44,676 bases of DNA from an uncultured archaeon (GTDB lineage: Archaea > Asgardarchaeota > Lokiarchaeia > Sigyniarchaeales > SOKP01). The position numbers and the translations under genes were made by a program. The number at the start of each line of letters is the position of its first letter. The first letter of the stretch is position 1. A model generated the notes under the pieces. It saw only the letters and a program-made list of their open reading frames with translations, had not been told where the DNA came from and did no database searches. This document shows, in pieces, positions 1 through 9,467 of this stretch. Location of the stretch: NCBI GenBank assembly GCA_964525635.1, contig CAZGJX010000022.1:1-44676 (forward strand), given 5' to 3'.

Positions 1-40
1 CATAATAATCTTCAATTAGTTCATTTTCAAAAATTTTCAT
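1..40 (-). CDS. Partial small hypothetical protein (MKIFENELIEDYY..., runs off the window edge)
   Basis: ATG at 40 on the minus strand with an SD-like GGAAGTG directly upstream; co-oriented with the two neighbouring small ORFs. Confidence 0.4.
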   Translation of the reverse strand, partial: MKIFENELIEDYY

Positions 41-86
41 CACTTCCTTTGTTTTAATTTAAAATGAAAAAAAAAACAAAAAAAAA

Positions 87-317
87 TTAAAAATTGTTCC
101 ATCCACAAACCTCACACTCAACAGCATTAAATGGATTATAATTCCAATCCTTAAATCCTACATGCTCTCCCTTAGAATAAATGCATACTCTTTCAAGATA
201 ATGTAGTACCTCTTTTGATCCACATTTTAAGCAAAAATCCTGATTCCTCTCGAACATAATATTCCATAAATCCTGAAAGCAGGTATGAACTTTCTTTCTT
301 AAGTTTTTTCTTGTCAT
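87..317 (-). CDS. Small zinc-finger protein (CxxC...CxxC), virus/MGE-like hypothetical
   Basis: 76-aa ORF with CLKC and CEVC; SD GGTGAG just upstream of the ATG. Confidence 0.6.
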   Translation of the reverse strand: MTRKNLRKKVHTCFQDLWNIMFERNQDFCLKCGSKEVLHYLERVCIYSKGEHVGFKDWNYNPFNAVECEVCGWNNF

Positions 318-326
318 CTGCTCACC

Positions 327-545
327 TTATATGTTTAAATTTATCCATTTACAGACAGCATTAAAGATTTTCTCTCGACACCAATCAGAACGATCTACAT
401 CATCCCATAAATCTACCAGCTCGTAAAATTTTGCCTCTGTTAAGACATTTCCATTATCCATCATATGTTGAAAATCTTCCATAGTATAACTCCCACAATC
501 CAATTTTCTCAGCTTCTTAGAATTTTTAATGAACCCTGAAATCAT
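327..545 (-). CDS. Small hypothetical protein, possibly 5'-truncated
   Basis: 72-aa ORF, operon-like spacing to 87..317; its start overlaps the divergent ORF at 529. Confidence 0.45.
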   Translation of the reverse strand: MISGFIKNSKKLRKLDCGSYTMEDFQHMMDNGNVLTEAKFYELVDLWDDVDRSDWCREKIFNAVCKWINLNI

Positions 546-1560
546 TCAATCTGCTGGAGATCAGCTTGGAATTAATGTCTTTGAAGAAAATCCTGACATC
601 TGGAGCAAGATAAATATCAATTTTGCGATTTCGGAGATTTTTCAATGGTTAATACATCCCGGAGGTTATCAGAGAAAGCAAGACCCTGTAGTCTCCCTTT
701 TACGTCTTTTTACAGGCACAAATCAACAAGATTCATTTATTATGGTACCTCAAAATTTGGAGGGTTCTACATCTCCATTTTGGAAGCGTGGTAATTATGG
801 AACATTAACTTTAGACTATCTTACATTTATACAATTTTTCGGGGCTAATCTTTATGAAATCCAACCTGCATTATATTATAGTCGTTCCAATATTGCTACA
901 CATGGACAGCAACTCAGCGTGGATACTCTATTGACAAGTGAGCTAATTAACAAAATAGAACACCTCTTTAATAATTTATACGATATCTTATCGAATAATT
1001 ATAAGAATGGACAAAAATTAACGGCAGAATTTCATATTGAAAATCATTTGGGATTCAATGACGAGTCAAATATTAATGAAGCCCTTAATCAAGATATTTC
1101 AGATAAGTTTAATGATTTAATAATAGGTAATATTTTGGAATTTACCTTTAATAAAGATCATTCTGGTGAAATTCTTAATAACGATGAATTTCGAACCTTT
1201 ATTACAAGCATAGTGTTCTATATGGTTATGTTCAACACTCAGGTCTTCATAAGAGAAGGGGATATTGATGTTGATGTAAAATATGGACTTTTTGCTTCGC
1301 AAAGGGAATTATTCTCTAGTGATTATATCATTGGATTAGGTGAAGGAAATCCCTATGCAAGGTTGAGCGTTATTGGAAATCAGATTTTTCACGAATGGAA
1401 TAGCAAATGGAATATTGAGGATAATAAAGTTGTATGGAATTATGGAGATTGTTGGCCAATTTATTTATTTGATGATGCTCGAACCCTGATTAACTGGTTT
1501 AGCCACCATTTCCTCAATGATCGTAATAGTATTAAGGATTTAAGCAATATTAATCCTTAG
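529..1560 (+). CDS. Hypothetical protein, possibly the C-terminal remnant of a larger protein
   Basis: 343-aa ORF with no recognisable motif; overlaps the divergent ORF head-to-head with no room for promoters. Confidence 0.6.
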   Translation: MNPEIIQSAGDQLGINVFEENPDIWSKININFAISEIFQWLIHPGGYQRKQDPVVSLLRLFTGTNQQDSFIMVPQNLEGSTSPFWKRGNYGTLTLDYLTFIQFFGANLYEIQPALYYSRSNIATHGQQLSVDTLLTSELINKIEHLFNNLYDILSNNYKNGQKLTAEFHIENHLGFNDESNINEALNQDISDKFNDLIIGNILEFTFNKDHSGEILNNDEFRTFITSIVFYMVMFNTQVFIREGDIDVDVKYGLFASQRELFSSDYIIGLGEGNPYARLSVIGNQIFHEWNSKWNIEDNKVVWNYGDCWPIYLFDDARTLINWFSHHFLNDRNSIKDLSNINP

Positions 1561-1563
1561 AAT

Positions 1564-2760
1564 TTAACTTAATATTAATTTTTCTACAAAATCCATTTTT
1601 TTAATTATATTTGGAGTATTTTTAAATGAATTATTTTCAAGATTTAGATAATTTAAATTTTTAAGCTTATAGAATGTCTCTGGTAGACTAGATAGAGAAT
1701 TACCTCCAAGACCTAAGAATTCTAAATTTTTAAGCTTATAAAGAGTCTCTGGTATGTTAGAAAGGGAATTATTATTTATATTTAATTTTTCTAATGTTTT
1801 TAATTTACAAATTGAATCTGGTATTACCTTTAATCGATTATTCATTAATCTTAAGCTTTTTAATTTTCTTAATTTACCAATATATTGGGGGAGACACTGA
1901 ATCTCATTAGAATTTAACCATAGTATTTCTAAATTTTTCATAGAGCAGACTGAATTTGGTAGACATGTTAATATATTACGACTTAAAATAAGCTTTTTTA
2001 AATTTTTTAACCGATATATTTTTCGCGGGATTTGTTCTATTTTATTCACGGAAAGATCCAATTCTTTAAGATGTCTCATATCGAGAATCGCTTCTGGAAA
2101 CTTCGTCAGACCTTGTCTGTTAAGTTTTAATCCCACAATCTCTCTATTCTCAACTAAATACCAGCCAGAATAATATAAATCTTCTAATGTATTTTTAGTA
2201 TTATGTCTATTTTTCTCTTTCGCAGTTTCTTGCCCTAAATCGTATAATGCCATAAGATCATCATCATTTAGTTCTAAATGAAATCTCACATCTAATGGCA
2301 ATAAATCAAGAAAACCTTCTGTATCTAAGAATTCCCTCGTATAATCGTTCCCATTCTTGTATCTGTCTATTATCTCGCTTATAAACATCTCTTTTGCCCG
2401 GGGGTCTCCCATTTCTGCCAGCTTCTTGAGTAAAGGAAACCCTAAATTACTATGAAGAAGTCTGGTATCGTAATCGTGCTCGTGCCACACTTGCAAATTC
2501 GAACAATGCCCCCAGAATTCCTCTTCCGGCGTTATTTTTCCTATTCCTACCTGATGGGTTTCATGGTAGATTCTTTGATAGTTTTCCTCCGCATCGTCAA
2601 TAGATTCTATACCTTCGAAATAACTAAGATCTTTAATTGGAAGATGGAATAGTAACATTTTACATTGCAAAAATCGCTCGCTGCCAACATATAGAATCGT
2701 TTGATTATGCTCCAGCTTTAAACTCAAATAATCGTTAACCTGATACTCTTTTTCAGACAT
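1564..2760 (-). CDS. Leucine-rich repeat protein, Lokiarchaeia-type
   Basis: C-terminal 23-aa LxxLxLxxNxLxxLP repeats; N-terminal ...EEEFWGHCSNLQVW...DTRLLHSNLGFPLLKKL...GDP.AK block recalled from Loki LRR proteins; start placed at MSEKEY (ORF extends to 2811). Confidence 0.85.
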   Translation of the reverse strand: MSEKEYQVNDYLSLKLEHNQTILYVGSERFLQCKMLLFHLPIKDLSYFEGIESIDDAEENYQRIYHETHQVGIGKITPEEEFWGHCSNLQVWHEHDYDTRLLHSNLGFPLLKKLAEMGDPRAKEMFISEIIDRYKNGNDYTREFLDTEGFLDLLPLDVRFHLELNDDDLMALYDLGQETAKEKNRHNTKNTLEDLYYSGWYLVENREIVGLKLNRQGLTKFPEAILDMRHLKELDLSVNKIEQIPRKIYRLKNLKKLILSRNILTCLPNSVCSMKNLEILWLNSNEIQCLPQYIGKLRKLKSLRLMNNRLKVIPDSICKLKTLEKLNINNNSLSNIPETLYKLKNLEFLGLGGNSLSSLPETFYKLKNLNYLNLENNSFKNTPNIIKKMDFVEKLILS

Positions 2761-3140
2761 TATTTTGTTAAAAAAAAAATAAATAGCTTCATTAATTATA
2801 TAATAATCCAAATATTTAAATTAAACGAACTACCGGCTCTGTAAAAGCAGTAACAAATTAAAAAAAATTCAACATTGTAATGGTGTCCTAAGTAACAGTA
2901 TATTTTTTACGCATAGATATTCTTCTAATAAAACTCTAATTTTTAAAGCTTAAATTTAAGCTTCAACAAATCGGAATGAATATATATAATAATATTATTA
3001 AGAATCTGATAAAACTTTTAATTTCCTTAAATATCTATACTCTGTGTGATCAGATAGCAAATTTAGAAAAGGAAAAATCTACATATCTCTCCTTTACCTG
3101 TTCTGCGTCTATTTGCTTGAAGATATGGGGGAGAAAGCAA

Positions 3141-3240
3141 CGCAGGTGGAGGGATTCGAACCCACGAGCGCTTCCGCGCACTGGCTAGCTTGGCTTATTC
3201 TACACTCAAGGCCAGCGTCTTACCACTAGGCTACACCTGC
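3141..3240 (-). tRNA. tRNA-Ser(UGA) with an 18-nt canonical (37/38) intron at 3187-3204
   Basis: Acceptor GCAGGTG pairing with CACCTGC, G73, long variable arm, GGTTCGAATCC T-arm; BHB helix CTTG/CAAG with bulges AG^T and CT^A. Confidence 0.93.
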
Positions 3241-3447
3241 TTAGTTTAAATCATATCTAATATCTTTTTTTGATAATCTTAGTGATATCAAAAAATGTAT
3301 TTAAATATATTATTTTTACGATTGCTGAGATTTTAAAACCAACATTAAAATAAAAATGTCAATCAATTAGTTTCCAACTAAGAGGATTTTATTAAAAAGT
3401 AAGGAAAAATATAAATTTTATCCTTCATTGCTTTACAAGATTAGAAT

Positions 3448-3930
3448 ATGAGTGGTGCGGAAGATTTTCGGTATTTAATACCAGAGCGGATTTTTAATGA
3501 AATAACTCAAAAGGCTAAAGAGGCATATCCATATATTGAGAACTATTGGATCTTTGCGGATAGAAAAGAAAACTTTGGAATTGTAAGTAAATTTATTGTT
3601 AATAATGATTTAAAGAAAACCAAAAAACATGTTAAACCAAGGAGTTGGATGCGCTATAAAAAATCAAAAATTTATAACATGCGTAAGTTTAAAGAAGAAC
3701 TTGGGGTTGATATTGTATGGCAAGCTCATACACATCCCGAAGGTAGAGATAAACTTCATGCAATTGATAAGCGTATTTTGAAATATTTATCTAATGGAGT
3801 TATGATTTTAATTATTCCTCCCATCGAGGAAAAGGAACAAAAAGCACATCTCGTAGGGTGGTACTATGATAAACGGTATACTAAAAAGCCTATTATCGAG
3901 AAAATGGTATTTGAAATAATTTCAGAATAA
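3448..3930 (+). CDS. JAB1/MPN (Mov34) domain protein with a variant JAMM motif
   Basis: EAYPYIE...HTHPEGRDKLHAID gives E...HxHx7(H)x2D. Confidence 0.7.
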   Translation: MSGAEDFRYLIPERIFNEITQKAKEAYPYIENYWIFADRKENFGIVSKFIVNNDLKKTKKHVKPRSWMRYKKSKIYNMRKFKEELGVDIVWQAHTHPEGRDKLHAIDKRILKYLSNGVMILIIPPIEEKEQKAHLVGWYYDKRYTKKPIIEKMVFEIISE

Positions 3931-4096
3931 AAATCTCTATGAAATATATCTTTTCTTTTTCCTTTTTATTAAGTTGAAAATAATCTATAGTATGAGATAG
4001 TGATAGACCTCTAAGATCCAACTTTTGATAATAAAGTATTATAAATTTGATATGTTATATTCATTGTAATATAAAAATCTTATAAAGTATATAATT

Positions 4097-4200
4097 GCTC
4101 AAGTCGCTTAGCCTGGTAGAATGTAAAAAATTTGCCAAAAGCGCTGGTCTGCTAAATCAGTGTCCACTGTGACTCGTGGGTTCGAATCCCACCTTGAGCG
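4097..4200 (+). tRNA. tRNA-Ser(GCU) with an 18-nt D-loop intron (4121-4138)
   Basis: Acceptor GCTCAAG/CTTGAGC, anticodon arm CTGGT-CTGCTAA-ATCAG, long variable arm; BHB helix GGTA/TGCC with bulges GA^A and AA^A. Confidence 0.92.
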
Positions 4201-4303
4201 CTCTTTTTTATTTCAAAAACATCCAATAGACCAAATTTCCCTTTACTATAATAAAATTTTAATTATAAAATACATTAGTTCTATAAAATACTAAATTAAC
4301 ATT

Positions 4304-4460
4304 GAGCCCGTAGTCTAGTTGGTTATGACTCATTTTATTTATGAATGAGTAATAAACGTCGCGCTAACATAATTTATTCATTATTATGCCGCGAATACAC
4401 CGCGAAAGTCGTCAAAAACGGCCGTGAAGGTCCTGAGTTCAAGTCTCAGCGGGCTCACCA
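4304..4460 (+). tRNA. tRNA-Val(UAC) with three non-canonical introns (4328-4355, 4366-4395, 4407-4428); CCA encoded
   Basis: Removing three BHB-bounded segments gives GAGCCCG TA GTCT AGTTGGTTA TGAC G TCGCG CTTACAC CGCGA AGGTC CTGAG TTCAAGT CTCAG CGGGCTC A CCA, a normal cloverleaf. Confidence 0.9.
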
Positions 4461-4633
4461 TCCTTATGCTTATTCTATACTCATTTGGGGACTATTCTTT
4501 AAACATACTATAATTTTGTGATCCATTCTAAGAACTTTTTATTATATTTATTTTTAAATAACTAATGTAATTTATTTAAAATTATTAATTGGATTTATCT
4601 AAAAATTTTTAATAATAAAGGATATATCTTTTT

Positions 4634-4824
4634 ATGAATAAAAAAGAAAAAATTGAAAAAGTAGATTTACACCCGGAGTTAGGATATTACCATTCAATAT
4701 ATGCATGAAGTATATAAACTATACTTTGATTCATCTTTTCCTGTAAGAACAACGATATGGACAAGTTTTTTTTTTAGAAGAATGCTTTATTCAGATTGAT
4801 GTTGTTGCGTATAAAGAATTATAA
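4634..4824 (+). pseudogene. RidA/YjgF family remnant (internal deletion and frameshifts)
   Basis: Fragments MNKKEKIEKVDLHPELGYYHS / MHEVYKLYFDSSFPVRTTI / FIQIDVVAYK resemble the RidA N-terminus and the NxxYxxxF..PARxx..EIDxxA C-terminus; frameshift in a poly-T run. Confidence 0.55.
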
Positions 4825-5252
4825 ATTTTTTTTCACTTATTTCTTTTAGATTAATTTATTCCTTGAAAATTATAATTTGGATTACTTTTATCTAGCTTAT
4901 TAAATATGAAAAATATCTAATTTATATATCGAATGAGTAGCTGAAAATCATCATTTCTTTTCAGAATTGATGTCATTTAGTAATATTGATTTTAAACCTA
5001 ATAAAAAAAGAAATTTTCGGGTAGATCATAGGAAGATCTTTAATTTTAATAACTTAAAAAATTAAATTTAAAATGAAATTATTTTTTTTTTTTTACCAAT
5101 ATTCAATTCAAATAGCATAAGAAAGACCAATAATTCTAATAATAATGCTAATAAATACTAATAATAAGACAAGTATTAGTAGGGAATAAGGTTTAATTAG
5201 ATTATTAATTACTGCATTTAATCAATATAACAAATAATGGAGAAACAATTCT

Positions 5253-6401
5253 ATGGATTTTGGTTTAACCGAACAAGAAAAAATGGTACAAAAAGTCGTT
5301 CGTGAGTTTGCTGAAAATGAGATTGCTCCAATCGCCGCTGAAATTGATAAAAATGAAGAGTTTCCATTTAAAACTCTTAGGAAAATGCAAGAAATCGGTT
5401 TAACAAATTTACCAATTCCAAAGAAATATGGTGGTGTTGGTGGGAGTGATTTATCGTATTATATTGCGATTGAAGAAGTTTCAAAAAAATGTGCTACTAG
5501 TTCTGTTATTTTAGCTGCTCCTACATCCTTATGTGCTTGGCCAATAATTAAATTCGGAACAGAAGAACAGATAGAAAAATATGTGAGGCCTATGACTAAA
5601 GGCGAATTAGTAGGGGGTTTTGCTTTAACAGAACCTGGTGCTGGAACAGATTCAGCTATGCAACAAACTACTGCTGTTTTAGAAGGTGATCATTATATTC
5701 TTAATGGAACAAAATGTTTCATTACAGGAGCTGGAATATTTGATTTTTTTGTGGTTATGGCAATGACAGATAAAACAAAAAGAACTAGAGGTATTAGCGC
5801 TTTTATCGTAGAAGCTAATTATCCTGGATTTTCAATAGGAAAAATTGAAGATAAAATGGGAATTCGTGCATCAGCAACAGGAGAATTAATCTTTGAGAAT
5901 GTCAAAGTACCCAAAGAAAATTTATTGGGAAAGGAAGGAGAAGGGTTTAAGATAGCAATGCAGACTCTTGATGGAGGGCGAATTGGTATTGCTGCTCAAG
6001 CTATAGGTATTGCACAAGGGGCTATGGATGAAGCGGTGAAATATATTCAGGAAAGAGTTCAATTTGGGAAACCTATTGGTATGTTTCAAGGAATTCAATG
6101 GTATGTCGCAGAAATGGAAACAGAAATTAATGCTGCTCGTTCTTTAATGTATCATGCAATATATCTCAAAAAAATAGGACACCCTTTCAGTAAAGAAGCA
6201 GCTATGGCAAAATTTTTTGCTTCAAAAACTGCAATGTATGTCACAAATAAAGCCATCCAATTACATGGGGGTTATGGATATACGAAAGATTATCCTGTTG
6301 AGCGAATGATGCGAGATGCTAAAATCACTGAAATTTATGAAGGTACTTCAGAAGTGCAAAAAATGGTTATTGCAGCACATACAATTAAACCAAAAATATA
6401 A
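5253..6401 (+). CDS. bcd: Acyl-CoA (butyryl-CoA-type) dehydrogenase
   Basis: FALTEPGAGTD, GTKCFIT, R.QFGKPI, QLHGGYGY, EIYEGTSE motifs. Confidence 0.93.
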   Translation: MDFGLTEQEKMVQKVVREFAENEIAPIAAEIDKNEEFPFKTLRKMQEIGLTNLPIPKKYGGVGGSDLSYYIAIEEVSKKCATSSVILAAPTSLCAWPIIKFGTEEQIEKYVRPMTKGELVGGFALTEPGAGTDSAMQQTTAVLEGDHYILNGTKCFITGAGIFDFFVVMAMTDKTKRTRGISAFIVEANYPGFSIGKIEDKMGIRASATGELIFENVKVPKENLLGKEGEGFKIAMQTLDGGRIGIAAQAIGIAQGAMDEAVKYIQERVQFGKPIGMFQGIQWYVAEMETEINAARSLMYHAIYLKKIGHPFSKEAAMAKFFASKTAMYVTNKAIQLHGGYGYTKDYPVERMMRDAKITEIYEGTSEVQKMVIAAHTIKPKI

Positions 6402-6423
6402 TTAATTTGGTGATATAAAAAAA

Positions 6424-7236
6424 TTGACATTAAAAATTATTGTTTGTATAAAACAAGTTCCTGATACAAATAAGGTTAAAATTGATAAAGAAACAGGAAC
6501 ATTGATTCGAAAAGGAATAAAAAGTATATTAAATCCTGAAGATAAGAATGCTTTAGAAGAAGCACTTAGATTAAAAGATAAAATTAAAGATGTTAATATC
6601 ACGGTTATAAGTATGGGGCCAGGACAAGCTTCTGCTGTTGTTAAAGAAGCTATTGCTATGGGTGCTGATAGAGGTATTTTATTAAGTGACCGAAAGTTTG
6701 CTGGTTCAGACACATGGGCAACTTCTACAATTCTGGCTTCTGCAATTGAGAAGATTAAGGAAGATGATGGGGCGGATATAATATTCTGTGGACGTCAAGC
6801 TATTGATGGAGATACTGCACAAGTAGGGCCACAGATTGCAGAGCACCTTAATCTACCAATAATATCTTATGTTGAAGAACTTAAATATGATAAAAATAAA
6901 GTTCAAGTAAAACGAGCTTTAGAAGATGGTCATTTCGTTATGGAATGTCCCACTCCTGTAGTTTTAACTACAATAAAAGAATTAAATACTCCAAGATATC
7001 CTCATATGAAGCGGATTTTTGAGACTTTTGGAGATGATCCTATTAGAAAAATAGAAATTTGGAGTGCAGAAAATTTAAACCTTGAAAATACAAAAATGGG
7101 TTTAAACGGATCACCTACTCGAGTTAAGAATATTTTTACTCCTACTAGAAAATTTGAAGGAGAAATACTCCAAGGAAATCCAAAAGAAGTTGCTAGGCAA
7201 TTAATTGTTCGATTAAAAGAACGCCAAATTATTTAA
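6424..7236 (+). CDS. etfB: Electron transfer flavoprotein beta subunit (TTG start)
   Basis: VCIKQVPDT and GRQAIDGDTAQVGP motifs; SD GGTGA upstream. Confidence 0.93.
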   Translation: MTLKIIVCIKQVPDTNKVKIDKETGTLIRKGIKSILNPEDKNALEEALRLKDKIKDVNITVISMGPGQASAVVKEAIAMGADRGILLSDRKFAGSDTWATSTILASAIEKIKEDDGADIIFCGRQAIDGDTAQVGPQIAEHLNLPIISYVEELKYDKNKVQVKRALEDGHFVMECPTPVVLTTIKELNTPRYPHMKRIFETFGDDPIRKIEIWSAENLNLENTKMGLNGSPTRVKNIFTPTRKFEGEILQGNPKEVARQLIVRLKERQII

Positions 7237-7250
7237 ATAGGTAAAAAAAA

Positions 7251-8315
7251 ATGGCTAAAAGTGAAAGTATAATGGAAAATATTTTAGATAATTATAAAGG
7301 AGTATGGGTTATTGCAGAACAACGTAATTCTGAAATTTTAAATGTAACAAAAGAATTGATTGGGGAAGGTAAAAAATTAGCGAAATTAGTTAATTCTGAT
7401 CTAACTACTATTTTACTAGGAAATAAAATGTCAAAATGGGCTGAAGAATTAGTCAAATTTGGTGCTGATAAAGTAATCTACGCTGAACATGAATTATTAG
7501 AAATATATTCATCCGATGCTTATTCTAAGGTTATTTCCAATCTAATAAATACTCGAAATCCTGAAATAGTTATATTTGGTGCAACTACAATTGGACGAGA
7601 ATTAGCTCCAACATTATCTGCGAAATTAAATACAGGATTAACTGCGGATTGTACAAGATTGGAAATTGACAATGAAAATTCTAATTTGCTTCAAACAAGA
7701 CCTGCATTTGGTGGAAATATAATGGCAACGATTGTTTGTCCTAAACATCGACCTCAAATGTGTACAGTTCGTCCAGGTGTAATGGAAAAAGCTAAATACG
7801 ATGATTTATGTTCAATTAAAGGAAAAATTGAAATAATTAATCCAGAAATATCCCATCATGACATTCGAGCAAAAGTTCTCAAAGTCGAGAAAAGTAATGC
7901 TCCTGAAATTCCTTTAGAAGATGCTCCTATAATTGTTTCGGGAGGAAGAGGTCTTGGAGATGCTGAAGGATTTGAATTAATTAAAAAACTCGCCGTTAAA
8001 ATAAAAGGTGTTGTTGGCTCTTCAAGAGCATGTGTTGATAATCAATGGATTGATTCCGCCCATCAAGTAGGCCAAACTGGAAAAACAGTTCGTCCAAAAT
8101 TATATATTGCCTGTGGTATTTCTGGGGCAATCCAACATGTGGCTGGAATGAGTGAAGCAGAATGTATAGTTGCAATTAATAAGAATCCGGAAGCTCCTAT
8201 TTTTCAAATTGCTGATTATGGTATAGTTGGTGATTTATATAAAGTAATTCCTGAAATAATTAAAGCTTTAGATAATGTTGAAGATATCATTGAAGCTTTT
8301 AAGAAATTAAGTTAA
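7251..8315 (+). CDS. etfA: Electron transfer flavoprotein alpha subunit
   Basis: GLTADCT, TRPAFGGN, QVGQTGKTVRP, GISGAIQH motifs. Confidence 0.95.
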   Translation: MAKSESIMENILDNYKGVWVIAEQRNSEILNVTKELIGEGKKLAKLVNSDLTTILLGNKMSKWAEELVKFGADKVIYAEHELLEIYSSDAYSKVISNLINTRNPEIVIFGATTIGRELAPTLSAKLNTGLTADCTRLEIDNENSNLLQTRPAFGGNIMATIVCPKHRPQMCTVRPGVMEKAKYDDLCSIKGKIEIINPEISHHDIRAKVLKVEKSNAPEIPLEDAPIIVSGGRGLGDAEGFELIKKLAVKIKGVVGSSRACVDNQWIDSAHQVGQTGKTVRPKLYIACGISGAIQHVAGMSEAECIVAINKNPEAPIFQIADYGIVGDLYKVIPEIIKALDNVEDIIEAFKKLS

Positions 8316-8507
8316 AATATATTATTTTTTATTTTATTAAATTAAATTTTATATTAGATAGTGTATTGTATATAAAATCATTTAAGTTTTTACCATATAA
8401 ATACGAAAAAACATGTTCCTTTAAAGGTATGATAAGTCAAATGTATTATTTTATAAATTAAAATTACATTATTATCTATATATTTTTAATTAATTAGTTT
8501 AATTTAT

Positions 8508-9302
8508 CTAATTGTTACTAAGTTTTAATTTTTTAATTCTTTCAGGAATTAAAGCGCTAAATTTACAATTACCTAAGTATTTTCCTATCTCAGTAATAAT
8601 TCCAAGAGCATTACTATCATGTTTTAATAGAACGATATGTTCTAAAAATCCAAACCTTTTAAATGAAATAATATCTCTAAGATGTCCTTTTCTAATAAGT
8701 ACTTTTTTGAATTGTTGTTTTGTTGCTCCAATTATACCTAATCCTTCTATATCCTCATTTATTAATTTATCAAATAACTTTAATGATTTTGGGGCAATCT
8801 CACCTTTAATAGACTTTTTTTCATTATTAATTTCTATGATTTTAACAAATAAAGGAAAATTATTAATGAAATCATAATTTTTAATTATTTTATAAACAGA
8901 TACTTTTTTCGAGTTTACCAGCTGTTTTCTTAAAGTATATAAAGGAATTAAAACATCAGTTTTAGGATTAACAATCGCACAATCAAGAAATATACCAAAT
9001 CCAACTTGACCTATGTCAATCATTGATCCCTTTAATATAACACCAACTTTAATTTGTTCCAATTCAAATACACTACCAATTTCTTTTTTCAATAAATTTT
9101 TAACAAATTTTTCCTCCGGACCATCAATATATATTTCAATTCGATTATCAAATTTTCTTACTTTTTTTATTTCAATTTGAGTTTTAACGAATCCTTTTGT
9201 AAGTTCATGTAAATATTTTTCATAGCGAAATATTAAATCATCTTTATCTTTATAAGATGCTAAATTATAGATTTTATCATACAAAATTAGTTTCTTTACC
9301 AT
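8508..9302 (-). CDS. Conserved archaeal protein (DUF2110-like, S1/OB-like central region)
   Basis: 264-aa ORF; GPEEKFVKNLL..EIG, GQVGFGIFLD and RFGFLEH..LK pattern recalled from DUF2110. Confidence 0.6.
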   Translation of the reverse strand: MVKKLILYDKIYNLASYKDKDDLIFRYEKYLHELTKGFVKTQIEIKKVRKFDNRIEIYIDGPEEKFVKNLLKKEIGSVFELEQIKVGVILKGSMIDIGQVGFGIFLDCAIVNPKTDVLIPLYTLRKQLVNSKKVSVYKIIKNYDFINNFPLFVKIIEINNEKKSIKGEIAPKSLKLFDKLINEDIEGLGIIGATKQQFKKVLIRKGHLRDIISFKRFGFLEHIVLLKHDSNALGIITEIGKYLGNCKFSALIPERIKKLKLSNN

Positions 9303-9467
9303 AATTATCTTATTTCTAATATCCTTTATTTATCAAAATAAACAATTTAATTATCAAAATTAATTTTATTTCTAAAAAAAAATAACTCTTTAAATTTAAA
9401 TTATGAAAGTTTAAATTCAAAATTTATTATTTTTGATTCAAAATAAAATTTTATCAAATGTGATTTT

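Noticed and set aside
1650-1775. 69-bp tandem near-repeat
   Set aside because: Explained by two adjacent 23-aa LRR units
2976-3188. 70-aa ORF
   Set aside because: It is antisense to tRNA-Ser; WRDSNPR is a typical translation of a reversed T-arm
4361-4370. Apparent tRNA-Val(AAC) with A34
   Set aside because: The AAC lies at the start of intron 2; splicing gives TAC
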